64,000 nt of DNA from Methanomicrobiales archaeon. Lineage in GTDB: Archaea; Halobacteriota; Methanomicrobia; Methanomicrobiales; JACTUA01. The stretch spans positions 87,777 to 151,776 of the forward strand of contig JACTUA010000006.1 of NCBI GenBank assembly GCA_015660865.1. Reading direction: 5' to 3'. A program made the position numbers and the translations under genes. The notes beneath the pieces were generated by a model that did not search any database, was not told the DNA's origin, and worked only from the letters and a program-made list of their open reading frames with translations. Positions 33,415 to 42,744 of this stretch are shown in pieces (the stretch's first letter is position 1; every line of letters starts with the position of its first letter).

Positions 33415-34590
33415 ATGGGAGAGGACGACGGGGACCTGGTGAGGATCCTCCTGGAGCTGATCTCTGCCTCGGGGGAGGTCGAGCTCCAGGATATCGCGAT
33501 CGCCGCGGAGGAGCTCACCGTGACCTTCGAGGGAAAGGCCGCCCTCTCGCGCCTCCTTGCCGAGGAGCTCGCCGTCGTCTCCCCCGAGACCCTCCTCGAG
33601 GCCGAGTACCATCCACCGGTCCGCACCTACCCGGGCTCCATCGTGGAGGTGACCCTCGGGGCCGGTCGTGCAGAGGGAGGGACCCGGAGGCATCCGGTCA
33701 CCATCGGGGGCGAGAGAGCCCCTGCCTTCCATACTTTCCAGGAGATCCCCCTTCACCCGCCGGTCATCGCGGGATCGATCTTCGACAGTGCACCCCCTCT
33801 CCCTGCCCCGGTGAGGGCCTTCTTCGGCGACGCCCTCCAGGACCCGTGCGAGTGGGCCCGCCTCTGGGTGAACAAGTTCGGCGCCGACCTCGTCGACCTC
33901 GACCTGACGAGCACCGATCCCTACATCAAGGATACCCCCGTGCAGGATGCGGCGCGGCTCGTCGAAGACCTCCTCCAGGCGGTGGACGTCCCGATCATCA
34001 TCGGGGGCTCGGGGAACCCCCAGAAGGACGCCCAGGTCCTCCCGAAGATCGCCGAGGTCTGCGAGGGTGAACGGGTGCTCCTCTCCTCGGCGACCCTGGA
34101 CATGTGGAAGCCCGTCGCAGAGGCGGCCAAGAGGCACGGGCAGGTGGTCCTCGCCTGGTCGCCCATCGATATCAACCAGGCCAAGGAGCTGAACCGGAAC
34201 CTCACCGGCTACATCACCCCCGCCCAGATCATCATGGACCCGACCTCTGCAGCCCTCGGGTATGGCCTCGAGTACGCCTACTCGGTCATCGAGCGCATAC
34301 GGCATGCCGCCCTCATGGGCGATAAGGAGCTCCAGTCCCCCCAGGCGGCAGGGACCGCGAACTCCTGGGGCGCACGGGAGGCCTGGAAAACGGATCCCAC
34401 ACTCGGTCCGAGGGAGCTTCGCGGCCCCATGTGGGAGCTGACCGGGAGCCTCGCCTACCTCCTCGCCGGTGTCGACCTCTTCATCATGCTCCACCCGGGC
34501 GCGGCGCGTACGGTGAAGGACATCGTGGGATGGCTCTCCGGGGGATCGGCACCGCCGACCTTCAGGGAACTCATCGGGGTGGGGAAGTGA
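33415..34590 (+). CDS. cdhD: CODH/ACS complex, delta subunit (corrinoid/Fe-S protein small subunit)
   Basis: 391 aa at the operon position after cdhC. It has TIM-barrel-like corrinoid protein motifs (ADLVDLDLTSTDP, PIIIGGSGNP). Confidence 0.9.
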   Translation: MGEDDGDLVRILLELISASGEVELQDIAIAAEELTVTFEGKAALSRLLAEELAVVSPETLLEAEYHPPVRTYPGSIVEVTLGAGRAEGGTRRHPVTIGGERAPAFHTFQEIPLHPPVIAGSIFDSAPPLPAPVRAFFGDALQDPCEWARLWVNKFGADLVDLDLTSTDPYIKDTPVQDAARLVEDLLQAVDVPIIIGGSGNPQKDAQVLPKIAEVCEGERVLLSSATLDMWKPVAEAAKRHGQVVLAWSPIDINQAKELNRNLTGYITPAQIIMDPTSAALGYGLEYAYSVIERIRHAALMGDKELQSPQAAGTANSWGAREAWKTDPTLGPRELRGPMWELTGSLAYLLAGVDLFIMLHPGAARTVKDIVGWLSGGSAPPTFRELIGVGK

Positions 34591-34597
34591 GGGCGGG

Positions 34598-36022
34598 ATG
34601 AAGCAGATCGGCCCGATGAAGGTCTACCCGCTCCTCCCCAAGACGAACTGCGGGGTCTGCGAGCCGAAGACCTGCATGGGTTTTGCGGTCCAGCTCTGCG
34701 AGCGGAATTTCACCGTCGATGAGTGCCCCCCCCTCCTCGAAGAGAAGTACCGGGAGAACCTAGTAAGGCTCAGGGAGATCTTTACCCCGCCTATACGGGA
34801 GGTGGTGATCGGGAGCGGCGACCATAAGGTGACCATCGGCGGTGCCCTTGTCCTCATGCGCCACGAGCTCCGGTATACGAACCCGCCCGCCATCGCGGTC
34901 GTCGTCGACGACAGCATGACGGACGAGACCGTGACAAAAAGGGTGCAGGAGACGAACTACTTCCACTACAAGTACATCGGGAAGATCCTCACCCTCGATG
35001 CCATCGCCATCCGGTCGGCGAACGAACACCCCGAGAGATACGCGCGGCTCGTCGAGATCGTGGCAAAGTCGACCCAGCTCCCGCTCATCCTCTGGTCCCA
35101 CAACCCCGCGGTCATCGAGGCGGGGGTGAAGGTCGTCCATGCCCGGAGGCCGCTCCTCTATGCGGCGACCCGGGAGAACTGGAAGCAGATGGGCGAGCTC
35201 GCCCTCCACTACCGCTGCCCCCTCGGTGTCTACGACCACGAGATCCGTATGCTCAGGTCCATCGTGAAGACCCTGAGGGTCATGGGCGTCGACGACCTGG
35301 TGCTCGACCCCGGTTGCGGGTTCCGCGGCGACCTCATGGAGACCGTGAGCGCCCTCACCCAGATCCGGATCGCGGCCATCCGGGACGAGGACGACCTCCT
35401 CGGCTACCCCCTGGCGGGTGCCCCGGCAACCCTCTGGGAGAAGCTCTACGCAGAAGGGAAGGACGTCGTCAGGTGGAAGGAGGCATGCCTCTCCGCGATG
35501 ATGGTCGTGCGATACGTGGACCTCCTGATGGTCTCCTCGGCCTCGAAGTGGTCAACCCTGCCCCTCGTCGTGCTCAGGAACAACATCTACAATGATCCGA
35601 GGAAACCCGTGAGCGTGGAGCCGGGCCTGAGGACCTTCGGGGAACCGGATCCGAAGGAAGCCCCCGTATTCATCACCTCGAACTTCGCCCTCACCTACTA
35701 CACGGTACTCTCGGACATCGAGAAGCTCGACTGCCACCTCCTCGTGGTGGACACCGAGGGGATGAGTGTCGACTCGGCTGTCGCGGGGAGGAAGTTCACG
35801 GGCGCGAAGGTCGCCGAGGTGGTGGCATCCTCGGGGATCGCGGAGAAGGTCTCCCACCGCACCCTGATCATCCCCGGGCTCGCGGCACGCCTGAAGGGCG
35901 ATATCGAGGACGCGACCGGCTGGGACGTCGTCGTCGGGCCGAGGGACTCCTCGTCGATACCCGGGTACGTCAAGGCGAAGTGGTACGGGCAGGACCACAC
36001 CCCCGGGTGGTCGGCCCGGTAG
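34598..36022 (+). CDS. cdhE: CODH/ACS complex, gamma subunit (corrinoid/Fe-S protein large subunit)
   Basis: 474 aa. The N-terminal 4Fe-4S motif is LPKTNCGVCEPKTCMGFA...C, followed by a pterin-binding-like domain. Confidence 0.9.
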   Translation: MKQIGPMKVYPLLPKTNCGVCEPKTCMGFAVQLCERNFTVDECPPLLEEKYRENLVRLREIFTPPIREVVIGSGDHKVTIGGALVLMRHELRYTNPPAIAVVVDDSMTDETVTKRVQETNYFHYKYIGKILTLDAIAIRSANEHPERYARLVEIVAKSTQLPLILWSHNPAVIEAGVKVVHARRPLLYAATRENWKQMGELALHYRCPLGVYDHEIRMLRSIVKTLRVMGVDDLVLDPGCGFRGDLMETVSALTQIRIAAIRDEDDLLGYPLAGAPATLWEKLYAEGKDVVRWKEACLSAMMVVRYVDLLMVSSASKWSTLPLVVLRNNIYNDPRKPVSVEPGLRTFGEPDPKEAPVFITSNFALTYYTVLSDIEKLDCHLLVVDTEGMSVDSAVAGRKFTGAKVAEVVASSGIAEKVSHRTLIIPGLAARLKGDIEDATGWDVVVGPRDSSSIPGYVKAKWYGQDHTPGWSAR

Positions 36023-36038
36023 GGGGAACAGGTCCGGC

Positions 36039-36689
36039 ATGGAGACTGCAGATCCGAAGGAGATCCTCTCCATCCTCCTCGATTTCAAGGGGGAGCGGGT
36101 GAAGGAGTTCTGCGAGAGAAGGATCAGGGACAGGATCACCCCGCATGGGATCTTCGCGGAGCTCTCGGCAGGTCTCGACGAGATAGGAAGGGGATTCGAG
36201 GGGAAGGGCGGGACCCGGTACTTCACCTCCGATCTCATCGTCTCGGGCCGGAACATGAAGCGGGCGCTTGCGATCCTCAGGCCCCATTTCCCGAAGGGCG
36301 GGAAGGGTCGGGGGCTCGTCATCCTGGGGACCGTGAAGGGAGATGTCCATGACATCGGGAAGATGATCTTCTCCGTGACGCTCGAGTCAAATGGCTTCTC
36401 CTGCATCGACCTCGGCGTGGACGTGGACCGGGCCATCTTCGCCGGGAGTGTGGCCAGCCAGAGGCCGGATATCCTCTCACTCTCGGCTCTCCTCTCCTCC
36501 ACCCTCCCTGCGATGGGGGAGGTGATCGAGGAGCTGAAACGCCGCGGGCTCCGCGAGGATGTGAAGGTCATCGTCGGAGGCCACGCCGTCACAGAGGAGT
36601 TCGCCCGCGAGATCGGGGCAGATGCGTATGGCAGGGACGCCATCGACGGGCTGAAGAAGTGCCTTGCCTTCGTCGGGGCGGGTACATGA
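36039..36689 (+). CDS. Cobalamin-binding (corrinoid) protein of the MtxC-like family
   Basis: 216 aa with an N-terminal helical cap and a B12-binding Rossmann domain carrying the DxHxxG motif (GDVHDIGKMI), then SALLSST and GG(H)AV. Confidence 0.8.
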   Translation: METADPKEILSILLDFKGERVKEFCERRIRDRITPHGIFAELSAGLDEIGRGFEGKGGTRYFTSDLIVSGRNMKRALAILRPHFPKGGKGRGLVILGTVKGDVHDIGKMIFSVTLESNGFSCIDLGVDVDRAIFAGSVASQRPDILSLSALLSSTLPAMGEVIEELKRRGLREDVKVIVGGHAVTEEFAREIGADAYGRDAIDGLKKCLAFVGAGT

Positions 36690-37627
36690 GGATCGGTATC
36701 CTCTACGCCGGCCCATTCGGCGAGCAGATGATCAACCACATCTCCCTCTCGGGTTTCGGCGATCGGATTGTGGCCGTGTACGAGCTCACGCCGGAGAAGG
36801 TTCCCGGGGGAGGGCGGTCGGGAGACATCTGGGAGAGCCCGGAAGAGTTCCTTCCCGCAGATCTGCCGGAGGCCCGATGTGACCTCCTCCTCGTCCTGGG
36901 AGTCCAGGGATCGCTGGGGGTGCTTGTTCCGGGAGTTGCGAAACGCTGGGGGGCCCGTGCGGTTGTCTTTGCCATCGATGATCGGGGAATGGTCCCCGAT
37001 GCAAGGAGATCCATAGAAGACGAGCTCTGCGAAGTCGGGATCCACGTCGAGTTCCCGGAGCCGTTCTGCGTCCTTGCCGGGAGCAGGAATGGCCTCGTCA
37101 GGGAATTTGCCGGGAGGTTTGGAAGGCCGCACTTCCGGGCAATGGTCGATCCATCCTCGCACCGCATCACGGCGATCACGGTCCTGCGCGATACCCCCTG
37201 CGGCACCGGTTCCTCCACGGCGAAGAAGCTCGAAGGACTCCCCTGTGATCCTGACCTCATCCTCCGGCGATGCTACGAGGAGCATCACAACGAGGGAGCA
37301 GATCACTGCTGCCTCGCAGAGATGGATCCCCTCTATCCGGTCATGCAGGAGGCAGGCGATCTCCTGAAGGATGCGGTCTTCTCTGCCTGCGGCCTCCCAA
37401 CGACGAGGGATCTCATCCTCGGCATCCTGGCCGATGACGGGGAGATCACCGTCGAGGACCTGAAGGCGAGGGTCGTCTCGACACAAGCCCGGCGGCAAGG
37501 GGAGGAGACGGGATGCACTGCCGGGCGGACCGTGGACCTCTACCTGGATGAGCTCGCCGAGGAAGGTAAGGTGGAGAGGACTGGGGGTGGGAGAGTGAGG
37601 ACTAAAATAAACAAAAAGCCTTGCTGA
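36686..37627 (+). CDS. DUF166-family protein with a C-terminal winged-helix-like extension
   Basis: The start is placed at ATG 36686 (an ATGA overlap with the corrinoid protein). MRIGILYAGPFGEQMINH, FPEPFCVL and VLRDTPCGTGSSTAKKLEG match my memory of DUF166/COG1810. The tail DDGEITVEDLKARV...LDELAEEGKVER looks like a wHTH. Confidence 0.55.
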   Translation: MRIGILYAGPFGEQMINHISLSGFGDRIVAVYELTPEKVPGGGRSGDIWESPEEFLPADLPEARCDLLLVLGVQGSLGVLVPGVAKRWGARAVVFAIDDRGMVPDARRSIEDELCEVGIHVEFPEPFCVLAGSRNGLVREFAGRFGRPHFRAMVDPSSHRITAITVLRDTPCGTGSSTAKKLEGLPCDPDLILRRCYEEHHNEGADHCCLAEMDPLYPVMQEAGDLLKDAVFSACGLPTTRDLILGILADDGEITVEDLKARVVSTQARRQGEETGCTAGRTVDLYLDELAEEGKVERTGGGRVRTKINKKPC

Positions 37628-37629
37628 AC

Positions 37630-37841
37630 GCTCTTGGGGGCTTCGCCCCCGCCGCTCTGGCATCCCCCATTGCGATAGCCTGTTCAACCTCGCTTCGAAT
37701 GGATTGATCTCCCCGAGAATACCCCCTTATCCTGCTCGGGGTGCCCTTCAAGAGGCAGAAGATCCTGTGGAAAAACCGCCTGCACATGCCCCGGTACACG
37801 ACGGGGGGTGCCCGCGGCGGGGGCGGAAGTCCCCCGAGAGC
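37630..37841. mobile_element. 212-bp MITE-like element with ~40-bp imperfect terminal inverted repeats (copy E1)
   Basis: The left end is gctcttgggggcttcgcccccgccgctctggcatccccc. The reverse complement of the right end is gctctcgggggacttccgcccccgccgcgggcacccccc. E1 begins 3 nt after the DUF166 stop and is homologous along its length to 54881-55093. Confidence 0.55.
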
Positions 37842-37892
37842 CCAACAGTATTCGAATTCGAAGATGAGTCTCGTAAATGGTTTTTTACCTAT

Positions 37893-39527
37893 TTATTCCG
37901 CGGCGGGATGCCCATTTTTCCGATACTCCGTGAAGCAGAGCTCCTCCACGAAAAGGTCCTGGAAGCCCGGGTCCTGCTCGAGGCTCACGTGGCTGATCTC
38001 TCCGGCCAGCTCCCCGGCCCGCCTGCGGCACTCGCGCGAGAGAAGGGTCAGGGCGGCCCCCTCGATTGAAGCATTTCCCACCTTCTCAACCCTTTCGGGA
38101 GGGATACCGGGGAGCATCCCGATCCTCCCCGCATTGACCACGTCTATGTAGGTCCCGAAAGCTCCCGCGAGGAAGAGGCGGGAGAGTTCCCCTGCCTCGA
38201 TCCCCGCCCTCTCAAGGAGGACCCGGGCACCTGCCGCTACCGCTGCCTTGGCGAGCTTCAGGTTATCGAGATCGCTCCCGTCGAGGTATACGCCCCTCTC
38301 CCCTTCTACCACGGAGAACCGCCCGATCCCGCCGGTGAACTTCCCGGTCCAGTCGACGATGCCATGCTCCAGGAGCTCCGCGAGCACGTCGATGAGCCCG
38401 GATCCGCAGATCCCGATGGGCGGGACATCTCCGATGGTCTCATACGCGATCCGTCCACCGGGTTCTATGGCCAGGCGCTGGATCGCCCCCTCCACCGATC
38501 CGGTGCCGCATCCGATCCCGGATCCCTCGAAGGCCGGGCCCGAGGCGCAGGAGGCGACCATGATGCCATCACGGTTCCCGATCGCGATCTCTGTATTCGT
38601 CCCGATATCGATGGCCATGGTCACCTCCTTTCTCGCGTGCATTTCGGTCGCAAGGATCATGGCCAGGGTGTCGGCCCCGACGAAATGGCCGATGAGGGGG
38701 AGGGCATGGATATTCCCCGCCGGATTGATGGCGATCCCGAGCTCGGATGCTCCGGTGTCCACCGCGCCCGTGGAGACCGGTTCAAAGGGGAACGCACCCA
38801 GCCCTTCCACCTGCCGCCCGAGGAAGAGGTCCCGCATCACGCTGTTCCCCGCAACCGTCATCTCGTAGATATGATCCGGGCGGACCGCACCGCAGGAGAG
38901 GAGGTTGTTGACGGCGCCGATGACCGCATTCTGGAGGTGTTGTGCCCCCCGGCGAGTCTTCATCGCATACCGGATGCGGTCGATGACATTGTCCCCGAAC
39001 CTTATCTGGGGGTTCAGGACCGATGCCGAGAACCTGTCGGGGTTCTGCCCGTCCTCAAGATCCAGCCAGCGCATGGCGAGGGTGGTTGTCCCTATATCGA
39101 GAGCCACCCCGAAGATCTCCCCCTCATAGGGGCCGAGGACCCTGCCACCCCAGGAGACCCTGAAGGGACCCTCCTTCCCTGCCCGCTTCACGAGGGGGGA
39201 GATCGGAACTGCAGGGCGCACCCCTTTTTCAACGATGGAGTACCTCGGGTACAGGGGAAGTTCCACCCTGAGAATCCCGTCTGCCCTCGTGATGGTCGCC
39301 TGGCACGCGAGGCGCAGCAGGGGATCGCCCAGGAGGGACTCTTCCGCCCCGGTCTTCGGGGAGAGGAGATCCGGCCTGTCGATTCGGATCGCACAGGCAC
39401 GGCACTCTCCCCTGCCCCCGCAGTGGGCTGTCAGGGGGGATCCCGTCTGCATGAGGTGGTGGAGGATCGTCCTTCCCGTCTCCAGTGGAATCCTTCTCCC
39501 ATCGGGGAGGATGATCATCTCACCCAT
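37893..39527 (-). CDS. Reductive activator of corrinoid proteins (RACo-like; 2Fe-2S ferredoxin plus ASKHA ATPase)
   Basis: 544 aa with an N-terminal plant-type ferredoxin motif CGGRGECRAC...C and then ASKHA phosphate motifs (ALDIGTTT, AIDIGTNTE, GSGL). Confidence 0.75.
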   Translation of the reverse strand: MGEMIILPDGRRIPLETGRTILHHLMQTGSPLTAHCGGRGECRACAIRIDRPDLLSPKTGAEESLLGDPLLRLACQATITRADGILRVELPLYPRYSIVEKGVRPAVPISPLVKRAGKEGPFRVSWGGRVLGPYEGEIFGVALDIGTTTLAMRWLDLEDGQNPDRFSASVLNPQIRFGDNVIDRIRYAMKTRRGAQHLQNAVIGAVNNLLSCGAVRPDHIYEMTVAGNSVMRDLFLGRQVEGLGAFPFEPVSTGAVDTGASELGIAINPAGNIHALPLIGHFVGADTLAMILATEMHARKEVTMAIDIGTNTEIAIGNRDGIMVASCASGPAFEGSGIGCGTGSVEGAIQRLAIEPGGRIAYETIGDVPPIGICGSGLIDVLAELLEHGIVDWTGKFTGGIGRFSVVEGERGVYLDGSDLDNLKLAKAAVAAGARVLLERAGIEAGELSRLFLAGAFGTYIDVVNAGRIGMLPGIPPERVEKVGNASIEGAALTLLSRECRRRAGELAGEISHVSLEQDPGFQDLFVEELCFTEYRKNGHPAAE

Positions 39528-39641
39528 CCGGTTCTCCGAAGAACGGCCACCACCGGACGAGGCCGATTCTGCCCCGGGGCCGGCCGGGCCGTGGATACCT
39601 TGAATTTATATCCGAGGCTCATCATGGTATGGGATAAAAGG

Positions 39642-40463
39642 ATGGCCAAGATCGCGGTTACCGGGAAGGGAGGGGTCGGGAAGACCACCATCGCAGCGGG
39701 CCTTGCCCGGACCTTCGGTTCCCGGGGCTACCGGGTCATCGCCCTTGACATGGACCCTTCCCCGAACCTGGCATCCTCCCTCTCCTGCAAACCTGCGGAG
39801 GCGGCAGCTATCACCCCGCTCGTGGAGATGGAGGACCTCATCCTGGAGAGGACCGGCGCCCCGCCGGAGGGCGGAGGTATGGTCTTCAAGATCAACCCGA
39901 AGGTGGATGATATCCCCGGCCGGTTCGGCATCAGCTGCCGTGACGGCGTGCGCCTCCTGGTCCTCGGGTCCATCCGCACGGGTGGAGGCGGCTGCTTCTG
40001 CCCCGCAAACGCCCTCGCCCGGAGGCTCGTGGACCATCTCTCGGGCACGACCGATCTCCTCATCATGGACATGGAGGCCGGTGTGGAGCACTTGGGGCGC
40101 GGAACGACGCGGACCGTCGAAGCACTTCTCGTGATCGCCGAACCAACTGTGAAATCGGTGGATGCAGCCGGCCAGATCGCGAGGCTTGCCCATGACCTGG
40201 GGATCACCCGCATCTTCGGGGTAGTAAACAAGGTGACGGACGGGAAGGGGGAGCCTTTCCTCTCCCGGCTCGCAACCCTCGGAGTGTCGCCCCTTGGGAT
40301 CATCTCCTTCGACCCCGCTGTCCAGCAGGCAGATGAGGAGGGTGCGCCGGTCTACGACCTTCCCGGAGGCGAGGGGATCCGGGCACGGATCGGCGAAATT
40401 GCGACCGCGCTCGAGGAACGCCTGGGTCTCTTCGGGAAGAAGGAAGTCAGACGAGGATCCTGA
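39642..40463 (+). CDS. cooC: CooC/AcsF-type nickel-insertion ATPase (CODH maturation factor)
   Basis: The start is placed at ATG 39642 (MAKIAVTGKGGVGKTT, a deviant Walker A). The CxC metal motif GGGCFCPAN is present. An alternative ATG is at 39624. Confidence 0.85.
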   Translation: MAKIAVTGKGGVGKTTIAAGLARTFGSRGYRVIALDMDPSPNLASSLSCKPAEAAAITPLVEMEDLILERTGAPPEGGGMVFKINPKVDDIPGRFGISCRDGVRLLVLGSIRTGGGGCFCPANALARRLVDHLSGTTDLLIMDMEAGVEHLGRGTTRTVEALLVIAEPTVKSVDAAGQIARLAHDLGITRIFGVVNKVTDGKGEPFLSRLATLGVSPLGIISFDPAVQQADEEGAPVYDLPGGEGIRARIGEIATALEERLGLFGKKEVRRGS

Positions 40464-40514
40464 GGTACCGTTCCACCCGCACCTTCATCCCCCGGGCCTG
40501 CAAACAGGTCCAGC

Positions 40515-41087
40515 ATGAAGCAATCACTCGGGGCCCGCACGCTCCTCTACACCCACCCGGTGGTTGTCATCGGGACATATGACCGGGACGGGAAGCCAAA
40601 CGTTATGACGGCCGCCTGGGCAGGGATCTGCTGCTCGAGCCCCCCCTGCGTCGCCGTCTCACTCCAGAAACCGAGATACACCTACGGGAACATCATGGAG
40701 AAGAAGGCCTTCACGGTGAATATCCCCTCTGAAGACTACGTAGGAGAGGCCGATTACTTCGGGATGGTCTCGGGAAAGGATACCGACAAGTTTGCCGCAT
40801 CCGGGCTCACCCCGGTGAAAGGGACGTTTGTGAACGCCCCGTACGTGAAGCAGTTCCCGGTGGTTCTTGAATGCCGGCTCCTCAAGAGTTTCGAGATCGG
40901 CGTCCACACCCAGTTCGTCGGCGAGATCCTGGACGTGAAGGTGGACGAGGGCGTCCTCAGCCCTGACGGGAGGCCGGATATGGCGAGGGTCCGGCCATTC
41001 ATCTACGACTCGGCGAAACAGGAGTACTACGCCATCGGGAGGTCCATCGGGAAGGCCTTCTCCATCGGGCGGGACCTGAAAGGCTGA
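40515..41087 (+). CDS. Flavin reductase-like (flavoredoxin) FMN-binding protein
   Basis: 190 aa. PVVVIGTYDRDGKPNVMTAAWAG...PP.VAVSL and TQFVGEIL are typical of the flavin reductase-like domain. Confidence 0.75.
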   Translation: MKQSLGARTLLYTHPVVVIGTYDRDGKPNVMTAAWAGICCSSPPCVAVSLQKPRYTYGNIMEKKAFTVNIPSEDYVGEADYFGMVSGKDTDKFAASGLTPVKGTFVNAPYVKQFPVVLECRLLKSFEIGVHTQFVGEILDVKVDEGVLSPDGRPDMARVRPFIYDSAKQEYYAIGRSIGKAFSIGRDLKG

Positions 41088-41121
41088 CGGATTTCGAGAC
41101 CTGTAAGGAGTGGAAGGCGCG

Positions 41122-41982
41122 ATGAAGATCTCTGATTCGGTCTCCTCCCTCAAGATCCCCTTCCGGATCCCGGCCGCCGGTGGACGGTTCCTGGACCGAT
41201 CCGTGAACGCCTTCATGGTCGCGGACAAAGGGATCTGTCTCGTCGACGCTTGTGTAGCCGGATCCGCAGGTCCCGTCTTTGCCATGGTGAGGGATACGGG
41301 AAGGGACCCGGGTGAGGTCTCATTCCTGATCCTCACCCACTCCCACCCGGACCATATCGGCGGGGCATCGGCGATCCAGGGGGCCACAGAATGCATTGTC
41401 GCCGCTCACCCGGCCGAGAGGGCATGGATAGAGGATACGGATCTCCAGGCGCGAGAGAGACCGATCCCCGGCTTCTCAACCCTGGTGGAGGGGGCGGTGC
41501 GGATCGACAGGCTCCTTTCAGACGGCGACCGGATCGGGATCGGCGGAGGCCGTTCCCTCGCTGTCGTCCATACGCCCGGCCACTCCCCGGGCTCGATCTC
41601 CCTCTTCCTCGAGGATGAGGGTGTCCTCATCTCCGGCGACGCTATCCCCGTAAAAGGAGAGATCCCGGTATACGACGATCCCTTCGCCTCCATCAGGTCC
41701 ATCGAGAAGCTGGAAAGACTATCGGGGGTGAAGGTCCTCCTTTCCTCGTGGGACAGCCCGAAGAGGGGCGGGGAGATCCCAAAGGCCATGGCAGACGGGA
41801 AGGAGATCATCCACACAATTCACGCTGCCGTGGTCAAGGCCGCGAAGAGTGATCCTGACCCGGCCAGCGTCACCCGCCGTGTCGTGGAAACCCTCGGGCT
41901 CCCCGAGGCGGCACTGCCGGTGATATCGAGGACGGTGATGGGGCACCTGAGGGCAATTGATCGGAAGAAGGAGTTCAGCTGA
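41122..41982 (+). CDS. MBL-fold metallo-hydrolase
   Basis: HxHxDH motif (LTHSHPDHIGG) and downstream HTPGHSPGS and GD. The tracked start GTG 41110 is also possible. Confidence 0.8.
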   Translation: MKISDSVSSLKIPFRIPAAGGRFLDRSVNAFMVADKGICLVDACVAGSAGPVFAMVRDTGRDPGEVSFLILTHSHPDHIGGASAIQGATECIVAAHPAERAWIEDTDLQARERPIPGFSTLVEGAVRIDRLLSDGDRIGIGGGRSLAVVHTPGHSPGSISLFLEDEGVLISGDAIPVKGEIPVYDDPFASIRSIEKLERLSGVKVLLSSWDSPKRGGEIPKAMADGKEIIHTIHAAVVKAAKSDPDPASVTRRVVETLGLPEAALPVISRTVMGHLRAIDRKKEFS

Positions 41983-42034
41983 CTGAAGCACATTGAACCG
42001 AAGATTGAGAAGGTTCACATTCCCGGGTCCTGCT

Positions 42035-42628
42035 TCACCCCCGCTTCATCCTCTCCAGCTCCTCGATCTTGTTCACATTCGTGAAGGTCTTCAAGTCCGG
42101 GTCCAGCCTTCTCAGCTCGTCGATCTCCACGAAACGGACCCGCATGGACCCCACCATCTCGTGGAGCGAGTCATGCTCGGGCTGCTCCAGGTACGCGAGG
42201 AGGGCCGACCGCCGGTAAATCGCATGGAGCGGCTCGATCATACCCGGCTTCCACGACGGGATGACCGCGTCGTACTCGTCCATGAAGGTGAAGAGGTGCT
42301 CGATAACCCGGGGGTTGATGCAGGGCATGTCGCAGGCGACCACGACAACGAGGTTACCCCGGACCTCGAGGACCCCGGCGTGAAGCCCGCCCATCGGCCC
42401 GATCCCCTTCCGGATGTCCGAGACGCACTTCACACCCGCGAGGTGGCTGAACCGCTCGCACTGGGCCGGGTCCTTCGCCGCAAGGACGATCTCGTCCACC
42501 ACCTCCCGAAGGGCGTCGAGGATATGCTCGATGAAGGGCTTCCCATCATACCTGAAGAAGTACTTCTCCTGCCCTCCTGCCCGCCTGGCCTCACCCCCGA
42601 CGAGGACGATGGCCGACCTCATGCACAT
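42035..42628 (-). CDS. mobA: Molybdenum cofactor guanylyltransferase-like NTP transferase
   Basis: 197 aa with AIVLVGGEARR.GG.K, then a GP.GG loop (GIGPMGGLHAG) and ACDMP. Confidence 0.75.
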   Translation of the reverse strand: MCMRSAIVLVGGEARRAGGQEKYFFRYDGKPFIEHILDALREVVDEIVLAAKDPAQCERFSHLAGVKCVSDIRKGIGPMGGLHAGVLEVRGNLVVVVACDMPCINPRVIEHLFTFMDEYDAVIPSWKPGMIEPLHAIYRRSALLAYLEQPEHDSLHEMVGSMRVRFVEIDELRRLDPDLKTFTNVNKIEELERMKRG

Positions 42629-42744
42629 TCCCCCGCGAGGTCCCCGGGCCTGGCGGGGTGGAGATCCCTGATGGAACCTCGGTTTTCGGCGACAGGGCGG
42701 AGGGTGATCATGAGTTCCCTGATGTATCAGGTGTTTTTTTCAGG

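Noticed and set aside
38364-40463. A 699-aa plus-strand ORF suggests a large fusion protein ending in CooC.
   Set aside because: Only the last 274 codons (from MAKIAVTGKGGVGKTT at 39642) look like a real protein. The upstream part is antisense to the RACo-like gene and is low-complexity.
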